Of a stretch of 64,000 nt of DNA, positions 1 through 9,423 are shown piece by piece. Position 1 is the first letter of the stretch; every line of letters begins with the position of its first letter. A program made the translations under genes and the position numbers. The stretch comes from Minisyncoccota bacterium. GTDB lineage: Bacteria; Patescibacteriota; Minisyncoccia; Phycocordibacterales; JABMNX01. Below the pieces are notes generated by a model. It ran no database searches. It saw only the letters and a list, made by a program, of their open reading frames with translations, and had not been told where the DNA came from. The stretch is taken from positions 140,609 to 204,608 of the forward strand of contig OZ244961.1 in NCBI GenBank assembly GCA_965222715.1. The letters are read 5' to 3'.

Positions 1-87
1 CTGTTTGTGTAGTATTATTTTTTTTCTGTGGTGTCATGTCGTTATGTATTAAGTAATTATTAATGTGTTATATCTGTTCTGTGTTTG

Positions 88-1851
88 TTAATTTTTGGCA
101 AACATATCCCACACATGATCAGTATGTATATACCATTCGTGGATATTTAAAAATCGGTCGCCTGATGTGGTAACTGAACCCAACTTCACCCCTTCAATGT
201 TTTTTGGGGTAATGTACACGAAATCAGGTGAGTAGAGGAATACTGCAGGAATATCTTTCTGCACCTCTTCTTCAAACTCTATGTACACCTGATCTCTCTC
301 TTCAGTATCAAGAAGCGTTCTCCCTCGCTGGAGTAAGTCATCAACCGTGATGTTCGCATACAGTGCAATATTGAGGCCAGGGTCATTTCTTTGAGATGAG
401 TGCCAGAATGCAAAGAAGTCAAGCTCTCTTCCAATAACCTCACCAAAAAGCAACGCATCATACTCACGAGGTCGAATGACATTTTGATTTAAATTACCCG
501 CCTCAAATACTTTCAGTTCAACTATCGCGCCAAGTTCTTCCCACGACGCCTTGAGTGTTTCTGCAACAGCTTTTAACTCAGGAAGGTTTGATGTTGCTAA
601 AGAAAATCGAAGTATTCCGTCATCTTCTGATTCCCACACACCTTCTTCTTCATCAAATTCCCACCCATTACGTGAAAGAATGGCACGTGCTTCTTCAATA
701 TCTCCATCAAAGTTTTTTTCTAACACTTCCTCTGAAGAGAGGGCTGCTGGCCGTTCAATACTTTCAGGTGGGATAGGACTATCAATAGGTGTTCCGTAGC
801 CAGCAAAGACCTCATTAACAATTTTTTGTTTTGGTGCAGCTACATCAAGTGCTTTACGTACTTCAATGTTTGAGAAGACTTGAGCAGTATTTTGATTAAA
901 GAAGACGCCAAATATGCGAGGAAGAGGTGTTTGTAACACGTGTTTATTATGAACACTATCGAGTAACTCAGGCACCACACTATTTACCGAAGCAACATCT
1001 CCTTTATTATAGGCTCGGATTACAGAAGCTTCGTTTGGATAAAATCGTAATGTAATTTTCTGGATATACGGCTCTCCTAGCGTGTAGTCACTAAATGCTT
1101 CAAGTACGTACCTCTCTGGTATACCCGATGCGTTCTCTGAGATTCGTTTTACTTTATACGGCCCTGATCCAATTGGTGAGACGTTAATCTCACTAAAGGG
1201 AAACTGTGCAACATCAATATTTTCCCAGATATGTTCTGGCAACACACCAATTGTTGCGTTTTGAAGAAACGGAGCATACGGTCGAGCAAGGATAAACCGA
1301 ACAGTTCGTTCATCCATTTTCTCAACAATAACTCCATCCCAGTTTGCTCGTTGGGCACTCTTTAGTGTTGGATCGAGTGTTTTTTGAATGGTGAAAATAA
1401 CATCATCAGCGGTGACCGATACTCCATCATGAAACACCGCATCTTCTCGTATAGTAAATTCATACACCAAACCATCATCAGTAACAGTGTACCCTTCAGC
1501 AAGGTCGGGGATGACACCACCCTCTGGTGTCGCTTTGAGTAATCCAGAATAGATAAGAGACACCATATCTCTATCAGCGTCAGAGAGAGCGAGAACTGGG
1601 TTAATGAAGCGGGGTGACCCAATAATTCCTTCAGTAAAACTTCCACCTCGAGCTTCCACTTCAACTAATACAGAATTATTAAGAGAGGAAAGTAGGTTGA
1701 GTGAACTTAGTGCAAGGAGAGCAACAAGCACCCACAGCACTAGTTTTTCAAATGGAGAAAGTGATTTAGTAACACGTTCAAGACCACTTAAGTGAGGAAT
1801 CTCAAAACGTGTATGAATAATAGAACCTATTTTTTTCACAGTGTCTTTCAC
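88..1851 (-). CDS. ABC transporter substrate-binding protein, solute-binding family 5 (oligopeptide/nickel type)
   Basis: 587-aa ORF with N-terminal membrane anchor/signal and family-5 SBP-like length and architecture; no permease partner inside window. Confidence 0.65.
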   Translation of the reverse strand: MKDTVKKIGSIIHTRFEIPHLSGLERVTKSLSPFEKLVLWVLVALLALSSLNLLSSLNNSVLVEVEARGGSFTEGIIGSPRFINPVLALSDADRDMVSLIYSGLLKATPEGGVIPDLAEGYTVTDDGLVYEFTIREDAVFHDGVSVTADDVIFTIQKTLDPTLKSAQRANWDGVIVEKMDERTVRFILARPYAPFLQNATIGVLPEHIWENIDVAQFPFSEINVSPIGSGPYKVKRISENASGIPERYVLEAFSDYTLGEPYIQKITLRFYPNEASVIRAYNKGDVASVNSVVPELLDSVHNKHVLQTPLPRIFGVFFNQNTAQVFSNIEVRKALDVAAPKQKIVNEVFAGYGTPIDSPIPPESIERPAALSSEEVLEKNFDGDIEEARAILSRNGWEFDEEEGVWESEDDGILRFSLATSNLPELKAVAETLKASWEELGAIVELKVFEAGNLNQNVIRPREYDALLFGEVIGRELDFFAFWHSSQRNDPGLNIALYANITVDDLLQRGRTLLDTEERDQVYIEFEEEVQKDIPAVFLYSPDFVYITPKNIEGVKLGSVTTSGDRFLNIHEWYIHTDHVWDMFAKN

Positions 1852-1957
1852 AGGTAGTGTGTAGAGTTTCTAGGTACCATCAAACGAGAAATAGCCGCAC
1901 GAACACGCACTCATGTCTCTTTAGTAGGTAGTTATAGGCGACGAGTATATCTCTATC

Positions 1958-2191
1958 TTAACGAATAATAAGGGTAAGAAACGCTGTTAAAGCAAAAAGC
2001 ACACCAAGCACAATAGTTGTGTTGAATAGTGTTTTTTCAAAACCACGCCGTGTGTGGAATCCGCTGCTGAAGTTATCTCCACCAAACGCACCACCAAGAC
2101 CTGCACCTGTTTGCTGTAGCAGAATGCTCAGAACGAGGAGTATGGAGAGCGCGATTTGAATATATGGCAATATCGCTATAAGTGTTTCCAT
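1958..2191 (-). CDS. secG: preprotein translocase subunit SecG
   Basis: 77 aa, two TM helices, Gly-rich LLQQTGAGLGGAFGG loop typical of SecG. Confidence 0.7.
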   Translation of the reverse strand: METLIAILPYIQIALSILLVLSILLQQTGAGLGGAFGGDNFSSGFHTRRGFEKTLFNTTIVLGVLFALTAFLTLIIR

Positions 2192-2255
2192 TTAGTCGCC
2201 AGTATAACAGGAGTCTATAATTATGCAATAGTGCCACAGGTACTCTCTCATTGGA

Positions 2256-2283
2256 TTGACAGAGAACCTTCTAAAAGTATAAT
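2256..2283 (+). promoter_or_regulatory. sigma70-type promoter (TTGACA-16-TATAAT) for groES-groEL
   Basis: TTGACA at 2256-2261, TATAAT at 2278-2283, about 65 nt upstream of groES. Confidence 0.45.
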
Positions 2284-2302
2284 TACCTCGAAATAATGGT
2301 TA

Positions 2303-2329
2303 TTAGCACTCCTTGATCAGGAGATTTTA
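2303..2329 (+). promoter_or_regulatory. CIRCE-like inverted repeat (putative HrcA operator), right half degenerate
   Basis: TTAGCACTC-N9-GAGATTTTA versus CIRCE consensus TTAGCACTC-N9-GAGTGCTAA; located between promoter and groES start. Confidence 0.4.
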
Positions 2330-2348
2330 GGAGAAAAAGAAAAACAGT

Positions 2349-2672
2349 ATGGCAAAAACAACAACAAAGGCTTCAAAAAAGTCAAGAATACAGCCACTTG
2401 GCGATCGTGTACTTGTTTCTCTTCCTCCTCGAGAAGAGAAGACACAGTCAGGAATTATCATTCCAGAGACTGCTGAGCGAGAAAAGCCCGAGCAAGGCAA
2501 AGTGATTGCGGTTGGTAGTGGGCGAGTGACTGACTCAGGAGAGACGGTACCAGTATCAGTAAAGGTGGGTGATACGGTCGTATTCTCAAAATATGGATAC
2601 GATGAGATTACTGTTGACGGAGAGACGTACTACATTCTTCGAGAAGAAAATATTTTGGCGGTTATTAACTAA
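2349..2672 (+). CDS. groES: co-chaperonin GroES
   Basis: 107 aa, IQPLGDRVLV motif, immediately upstream of groEL. Confidence 0.9.
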   Translation: MAKTTTKASKKSRIQPLGDRVLVSLPPREEKTQSGIIIPETAEREKPEQGKVIAVGSGRVTDSGETVPVSVKVGDTVVFSKYGYDEITVDGETYYILREENILAVIN

Positions 2673-2702
2673 GGCCGCACTACATATTTTATTAGTGATT
2701 AA

Positions 2703-4364
<1,662 letters not shown>

Positions 4365-4385
4365 GTTTTACACTCACTACACAAA

Positions 4386-4413
4386 AAACGCTAAGAGTAC
4401 TCTTGGCGTTTTT
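4386..4413 (+). terminator. intrinsic terminator, copy 1 of conserved palindromic repeat AAACGCTAAGAGTACTCTTGGCGTTT
   Basis: perfect-ish 11-bp stem plus T-run directly after groEL stop. Confidence 0.6.
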
Positions 4414-4450
4414 TGTGTGATATAATCTTAAAAAATAAGTAATACATACT

Positions 4451-5011
4451 ATGACCATTCTATATATTATTTTAGGAGTTGTTGCGGTTGTTGTGTTGTG
4501 GGTTATTTTTGCATATAACCGCTTCATCACACTTATTAACCGCACTAAAGAAGCATGGGCTGACATCGACGTGCAGTTAAAGCGTCGGTATGATTTGATC
4601 CCTAATCTTATAAACACCGTAAAAGGATACGCAAAGCATGAACAGCAAACACTCTCACAAGTAACCGAAATGCGTGCAAAAGCAATGCAAGCAGGTAACC
4701 TCGGGGAGCGAGCAGAAGCAGAGAACATGTTGACCGAGGCACTCAAGTCTCTTTTTGCAGTTTCAGAAAATTATCCAGACCTTAAGGCAAACGAAAACTT
4801 CTTAGAATTACAACGAGAACTCTCTGACACTGAAAACAAAATTCAGGCTGCACGACGGTTTTACAATGCAAACGTGAGAGACTTTAACACTGCGCTTGAA
4901 TCATTTCCACAGAATATTGTTGGTAACGTATTCCGTTTTAGCATGCAAGAGTTCTTTGAGCTTGATGAAAGTGATGCTGCTGCGCGAGAGCCGGTGAATG
5001 TATCATTCTAG
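4451..5011 (+). CDS. LemA family membrane protein
   Basis: 186 aa, N-terminal TM, LemA-like conserved core (RRYDLIPNL, ENYPDLKAN). Confidence 0.75.
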   Translation: MTILYIILGVVAVVVLWVIFAYNRFITLINRTKEAWADIDVQLKRRYDLIPNLINTVKGYAKHEQQTLSQVTEMRAKAMQAGNLGERAEAENMLTEALKSLFAVSENYPDLKANENFLELQRELSDTENKIQAARRFYNANVRDFNTALESFPQNIVGNVFRFSMQEFFELDESDAAAREPVNVSF

Positions 5012-5023
5012 TGGTGGTGCGAT

Positions 5024-5542
5024 ATGGCAACATCAGGTATTTCTACAGGTCCTTCAATAGATAAGGCTGAGAAAGATAAACTCTTTTACTTCGTAACCAC
5101 CATTGTGGTTTTTCGTGAAAGTGATCAGAAGTGCCTTATCTTAAAACGCGATAAGAATGACGATGTGTATCCTGGGAAATGGGCACTTCCTGGTGGGCGG
5201 CTTGCTTGGAGCGACATTAATCTCTCAAAACCTGATTCTGTTGAAGGGGATGTAGAGAACTTCAATCGCCCTCTAGAGAATCATGTTGAGAGTATTGTTA
5301 AAGAAAAGGCAGGAATTGAAATAGATAATCGCCCACGATATCTTGAAAGTGTGTTCTTTATTCGAGGAGATGGCACTCCGTCAGTACTCGTACGGTTTGC
5401 AGTAACCTATCAAAGTGGAGAGGTAGAACCACGTGAAGAATTTACCCACCATGCGTGGGTGGGTGAAGAGGAAGTGGGAGACTACGATTGTATTAGTGGT
5501 ATTGATAGAGATATTGTACGAACCATTAAATTATTTTCTTAA
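5024..5542 (+). CDS. NUDIX hydrolase (tandem paralog 1)
   Basis: 172 aa; GG(R/K)L...E..RE..EE.G Nudix-box-like segment; shares the N-terminal DKLFYFV motif with the next gene. Confidence 0.55.
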   Translation: MATSGISTGPSIDKAEKDKLFYFVTTIVVFRESDQKCLILKRDKNDDVYPGKWALPGGRLAWSDINLSKPDSVEGDVENFNRPLENHVESIVKEKAGIEIDNRPRYLESVFFIRGDGTPSVLVRFAVTYQSGEVEPREEFTHHAWVGEEEVGDYDCISGIDRDIVRTIKLFS

Positions 5543-5553
5543 CATAAAAAACT

Positions 5554-6072
5554 ATGCAAGCTAAAGAAATAAGTATTGAGAAGGCAAAAAAAGATAAACT
5601 CTTTTATTTTGTCGCAAACGTGGTGGTGTATAACCCTGAGAATAATAAGTGTCTCATCTTGAAGCGTCACGAGAGAGAAGTGGCACATCCAAACAAGTGG
5701 GCAGTTCCCGGAGGAAAGCTTGAATGGCAGAACCTTGATATTAACAACCCAACGAGAATGAATGGTGACGTTATTGATTTTGAAGATGCTGTTGAAGATC
5801 TTTTGGTTCGAGAGACGAAAGAGGAATCAAATGTTTCTATCGAGAAAAAACTGCACTACATAAACAGCGTTGCATTCATTCGCCCTGATGGCATTCCGGT
5901 TGTGTTGGTAAAATTTGCTGCAAAATATACTGGTGGAGAAGTTGTGCTTGAAGAAGGAGGCTTCACTAATTTTGCATGGGTTGATGAAAAAGAGGTAGCG
6001 GAATACGAATGTATTGATGGTGTACAAGAAGAGGTGCGAGAAACCATACAGCACTTCAAGAAACATAACTAA
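5554..6072 (+). CDS. NUDIX hydrolase (tandem paralog 2)
   Basis: 172 aa, same length and collinear similarity to the 5024-5542 product; Nudix box RETKEESNV. Confidence 0.55.
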   Translation: MQAKEISIEKAKKDKLFYFVANVVVYNPENNKCLILKRHEREVAHPNKWAVPGGKLEWQNLDINNPTRMNGDVIDFEDAVEDLLVRETKEESNVSIEKKLHYINSVAFIRPDGIPVVLVKFAAKYTGGEVVLEEGGFTNFAWVDEKEVAEYECIDGVQEEVRETIQHFKKHN

Positions 6073-6074
6073 CT

Positions 6075-6971
6075 ATGGCGACAGTCTATACACATAAAGA
6101 TAGCAATATTAGAAAGACGTGGTTTTTAATGCTTACGTTTTTCTTGGTAGTGGTAGGAGTTGCATGGAGTTTTTCATACATTCTTGAGAGTCCAGTCATC
6201 CTTTGGGTTGCGGTTATTTTTAGTGTACTGATGAATGTTGGCGCATACTGGTACTCAGATAAGTTGGTCCTTAAAATGTCAGGTGCCGAACCCGTCTCTC
6301 GTGAATCGCACCGAGAACTATGGAATATACTTGAAAACCTCTCTATTACCGCCGGGCTGCCAATGCCAAAACTCTATATTATTAATGACGCAGCACCAAA
6401 CGCATTTGCAACAGGTCGTGATCCAGAGCATGCAGTTGTTGCAGTGACCACCGGATTACTTTCTATGCTTGATAGAAACGAGCTTGAGGGGGTAGTTGCG
6501 CACGAATTAGCGCATATTGGAAATCGTGACATGTTAGTGATGACAGTGGTAGTAGTACTTCTTGGTTTTATCACGCTTCTTTCTGATTTCTTTTTGCGGA
6601 TGACCATGTTCGGTGGGAATAATAGTGATCGTGATGGTCGTATGCAAATCATAATGGTTGTTGCAGGACTCGCACTTGCCATTCTCTCACCGATTATCGC
6701 AAAACTCATTCAACTTGCTATCTCACGGAAGCGAGAGTTTCTTGCTGATGCATCAGGTGCACTTCTAACTCGCTATCCTGAAGGGCTTGCCTCAGCACTT
6801 GAGAAGATTAGTGGATACAAAGAGCCGATGCGACGAGCAAACCATGCGACAGCACACCTCTTCATCTCAAACCCGTTTGGGAAAAGTACGAGAGGAAAGT
6901 TTTTGAATACATTATTCATGACCCACCCACCCACAGAAGAGCGGATTGCTGCGCTGCGAAGTAGCAGCTAA
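6075..6971 (+). CDS. htpX: zinc metalloprotease HtpX (M48 family)
   Basis: 298 aa, four TM segments, HELAHIGNRD HEXXH motif. Confidence 0.85.
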   Translation: MATVYTHKDSNIRKTWFLMLTFFLVVVGVAWSFSYILESPVILWVAVIFSVLMNVGAYWYSDKLVLKMSGAEPVSRESHRELWNILENLSITAGLPMPKLYIINDAAPNAFATGRDPEHAVVAVTTGLLSMLDRNELEGVVAHELAHIGNRDMLVMTVVVVLLGFITLLSDFFLRMTMFGGNNSDRDGRMQIIMVVAGLALAILSPIIAKLIQLAISRKREFLADASGALLTRYPEGLASALEKISGYKEPMRRANHATAHLFISNPFGKSTRGKFLNTLFMTHPPTEERIAALRSSS

Positions 6972-6975
6972 ACTC

Positions 6976-7004
6976 TTGACGTACTAGATGTATAGAAGTA
7001 TAAT
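6976..7004 (+). promoter_or_regulatory. sigma70-type promoter (TTGACG-17-TATAAT) preceding GC-rich unit
   Basis: TTGACG 6976-6981, TATAAT 6999-7004. Confidence 0.4.
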
Positions 7005-7011
7005 CCTCGTT

Positions 7012-7315
7012 GGTTTAGTTTGGTTTACATAGAGGCTTCAAGAAAGGGGAAGTGACAAATGGGTGCGACTGTTGAGGTTATTGTAAAGAGGCGTTTCGGA
7101 AGGGATGAGCGAAAGGTGGCTCAGAGACGGGCGGCTCGTCCGTGTGTACCGAGTTCGATCCGGAACGTCAGACCAGCAAGAATCGCAACCTCGGGGGTTG
7201 TCAGTGCGGCGGCCAGGATGGCAGGTGTCGCAAGAGTCCGCGGCATATGAAACATAAGCCGGACTGGATGCGCCAGTACTAGGGGGCACAATCACGAAAT
7301 ATCACAAAATACATG
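7012..7315 (+). ncRNA. GC-rich ~300-nt transcription unit of unknown nature (candidate structured ncRNA, or Arg-rich 63-aa small ORF 7059-7250)
   Basis: bounded by promoter 6976-7004 and terminator 7316-7350; GC far above genome background; weak resemblance to SRP-RNA helix-8 (GTCAGACCAGCAAGAATCGCAACC) not confirmable by eye. Confidence 0.25.
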
Positions 7316-7350
7316 GGGGCGGTTTGAGATAACTGCCCCTTTTGATTTGT
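7316..7350 (+). terminator. rho-independent terminator (GGGGCGG...CTGCCCC + T-run)
   Basis: GC stem followed by TTTTGATTTGTTTTTT. Confidence 0.6.
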
Positions 7351-7403
7351 TTTTTAAATTCTCATAACCAATTCTCTTAGTTCGGGATGGATTAGGATAT
7401 ATA

Positions 7404-7432
7404 TTGACTATTTAATCAAAATATTATATAAT
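7404..7432 (+). promoter_or_regulatory. sigma70-type promoter (TTGACT-17-TATAAT) for the GGDEF gene
   Basis: TTGACT 7404-7409, TATAAT 7427-7432; AGGAGG RBS 7467-7472 then ATG 7481. Confidence 0.5.
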
Positions 7433-7480
7433 TAAATTTAGATCTAGTCAGTATACTCATGCTACGAGGAGGTGTACATT

Positions 7481-8155
7481 ATGAGTGACAGTACCGCTAT
7501 TCCGCGTGTTGGAGATATCTCTGAGCGCGAGCTCGAGAACCTTCCGCACAAAACTCTGGTCGCGTTCGCACTGCGTGCGCAGTCGTTGGCAACGATCGAC
7601 GACATGACCCAGATTCTGAACCATCGCGCGTTCGAAGAAGAGGCCACTCGCCACTTCAACCGTATGAAGCGTAATGGTGATGAAGGGGTGATGCTTCTTC
7701 TGGACATCGACCTCTTCAAGAGGGTTAACGACACCTACGGCCACCTCGGCGGTAATGAGGTGATCAAAAAAGTTGCCAGCATCATGGAGGCATGTACTCG
7801 GCCCAGCGATCTCTGTGGACGCTATGGTGGGGAGGAGTTCATCATCTTCCTTCCCAATACCGGTAAGCAAGAAAGCAAGCTGGTCGCCGAGCGGATCCGC
7901 ACCATGGTCGAAGGGTCCACGGTGAAGTTCGAATCCCACGACATTTCATGCACGGTGAGTATCGGCCTCGCACTTCTTTCTGATGCGGAAGATCTCGAAG
8001 GCCTGATAGGTTCGGCCGACCGAGCGCTCTACAAGGCAAAAGGCGGAGGTCGGAATCGTGTCGTCACGGCTGATGCGAATCTCAACGAAAAGCGTCGCTT
8101 TACTGGAAGCAGCGATCGTCGTGGTCAAGATGTTCCGGATCGTCGGAAATCCTAA
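7481..8155 (+). CDS. diguanylate cyclase (GGDEF domain), GC-rich, likely horizontally acquired
   Basis: GGEEF active-site motif, RxxD I-site (RPSD) five residues upstream, conserved DxLT..NRR-like segments; codon GC well above neighbours; track start 7472 is a GTG inside the RBS, so ATG 7481 is preferred. Confidence 0.8.
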   Translation: MSDSTAIPRVGDISERELENLPHKTLVAFALRAQSLATIDDMTQILNHRAFEEEATRHFNRMKRNGDEGVMLLLDIDLFKRVNDTYGHLGGNEVIKKVASIMEACTRPSDLCGRYGGEEFIIFLPNTGKQESKLVAERIRTMVEGSTVKFESHDISCTVSIGLALLSDAEDLEGLIGSADRALYKAKGGGRNRVVTADANLNEKRRFTGSSDRRGQDVPDRRKS

Positions 8156-8178
8156 ACATTCATCTCGAATGAAAACTA

Positions 8179-8212
8179 GCGACCTTGGTGTACCCAAGGT
8201 CGTTTTCTTTTT
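8179..8212 (+). terminator. rho-independent terminator (GCGACCTTGG tgtac CCAAGGTCG + T-run)
   Basis: 10-bp stem and T-run after GGDEF stop. Confidence 0.6.
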
Positions 8213-8240
8213 GTTACTTTAAGTAAGTTATATTACAGTG

Positions 8241-8269
8241 GTATAGATTTTGGAGAGGTGGCAGAGTGG
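8241..8269 (+). repeat. direct repeat of the tRNA-Ser(GGA) 5' end plus 7 upstream bp (truncated tRNA 5' duplicate)
   Basis: GTATA.ATTTTGGAGAGGTGGCAGAGTGG recurs at 8359-8389; followed by a 13-bp perfect hairpin GAAGAAACACAAActgcTTTGTGTTTCTTC. Confidence 0.7.
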
Positions 8270-8367
8270 AAGAAACACAAACTGCTTTGTGTTTCTTCCG
8301 AAGCGTAGCGAAGGAGGACGACCCGAAGCCACCTCGTCCTGTAAGGCCAAAATACGAAGTATATTTT

Positions 8368-8455
<88 letters not shown>

Positions 8456-8504
8456 ATCTAACAGCTAGCACGAAGACCTTAATGCTTTAGTGCTTAGATA
8501 AATT

Positions 8505-9056
8505 ATGACTTCAAGAAAGATTAAAGTTCCAGAATTAGATTCATACTCTCATTGGCCGGAAAAGCCATATCAGTGGATGCTGACAGGATTAATTCATACG
8601 ATTCAAAAAGTTGATGAGGTAGAGGCAAATTATTTAGTTGCTCTTGGTTTGGTATGCTACACAGAATTTATGGGTCATGAGGTTTTGAAATTTAGAAAAT
8701 TACCAAATGGTTCTGGACAGGGTAAAAATGCATTTAACTTATTCGTTGGAGAATATATGGGTTATCAGGAGTTGTTAGATAAGCATGAAGAAGTTTATGA
8801 TTGGTTTAGGTGTGGTTTGTGTCATGAGTTCAAAATTAAAAATATCGATGGAGGAACTGAAAGTGGTGTATTCCATTTTTTTGTTGGAAATTCTGAAGAA
8901 GTAAAAAAAGTAAAGAAATTAGTTGATGCAGATCCAACAAAAGGTATAGCAGTTTCTAGTCAAGGGAAAAGAATTTTGTTTATAGAACCTTACCTGCACG
9001 ACTTTCAAAAAGGGGTAGAAAAATTCTTGAAAGAGTCCGGAAAAATTGAAATGTGA
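8505..9056 (+). CDS. hypothetical protein (very AT-rich, Cys/His-containing)
   Basis: 183-aa ORF right after tRNA-Ser; no recognisable domain. Confidence 0.45.
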   Translation: MTSRKIKVPELDSYSHWPEKPYQWMLTGLIHTIQKVDEVEANYLVALGLVCYTEFMGHEVLKFRKLPNGSGQGKNAFNLFVGEYMGYQELLDKHEEVYDWFRCGLCHEFKIKNIDGGTESGVFHFFVGNSEEVKKVKKLVDADPTKGIAVSSQGKRILFIEPYLHDFQKGVEKFLKESGKIEM

Positions 9057-9191
9057 GAAAATCTTGATGCGCACGAGGACCTTAATTTCAATAAACTAAA
9101 ATAGTTAAAAATAACCTTGCTGGGCTTGACCGACCACGGTTCCAGCCCGAGGTAGCCCGCATTTGTTTTAATACGTGTATACTTTATAAAT

Positions 9192-9413
9192 ATGAACGAA
9201 ATTAAAAAAGGAATGTATCGCCACTACAAAGGAGGGGAGTACGAAGTGTTAGGTGTTGCAAAACATTCTGAGACGCTTGAAGATGTGGTGGTATATCGCC
9301 ACCCAGGGAATGAACTCTCAGAATTGTGGGTGCGCCCACTTGAGATGTTTACTGAGACAGTGGAGGTAGATGGAAAAGAAGTGCCTCGTTTTGAATATAG
9401 CAAGGGTCTCTAA
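9192..9413 (+). CDS. DUF1653 family protein
   Basis: 73 aa, YRHYKGGEYEV...HSET motif characteristic of DUF1653. Confidence 0.6.
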   Translation: MNEIKKGMYRHYKGGEYEVLGVAKHSETLEDVVVYRHPGNELSELWVRPLEMFTETVEVDGKEVPRFEYSKGL

Positions 9414-9423
9414 ATCTTCTTTA

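Noticed and set aside
7059-7250. 63-aa Arg-rich ORF as a confident CDS
   Set aside because: The high Arg content could simply reflect translation of GC-rich structured RNA; kept only as an alternative inside the ncRNA candidate.
7012-7315. tmRNA (ssrA) or SRP RNA identity for the GC-rich unit
   Set aside because: No tRNA-like 5'/3' acceptor pairing, no T-arm, no tag-peptide frame ending in ALAA, and only loose helix-8 similarity; cannot be supported by eye.
7472-7480. Track start of the GGDEF ORF at 7472
   Set aside because: That codon is GTG embedded in the AGGAGG RBS; ATG 7481 has correct 8-nt spacing.
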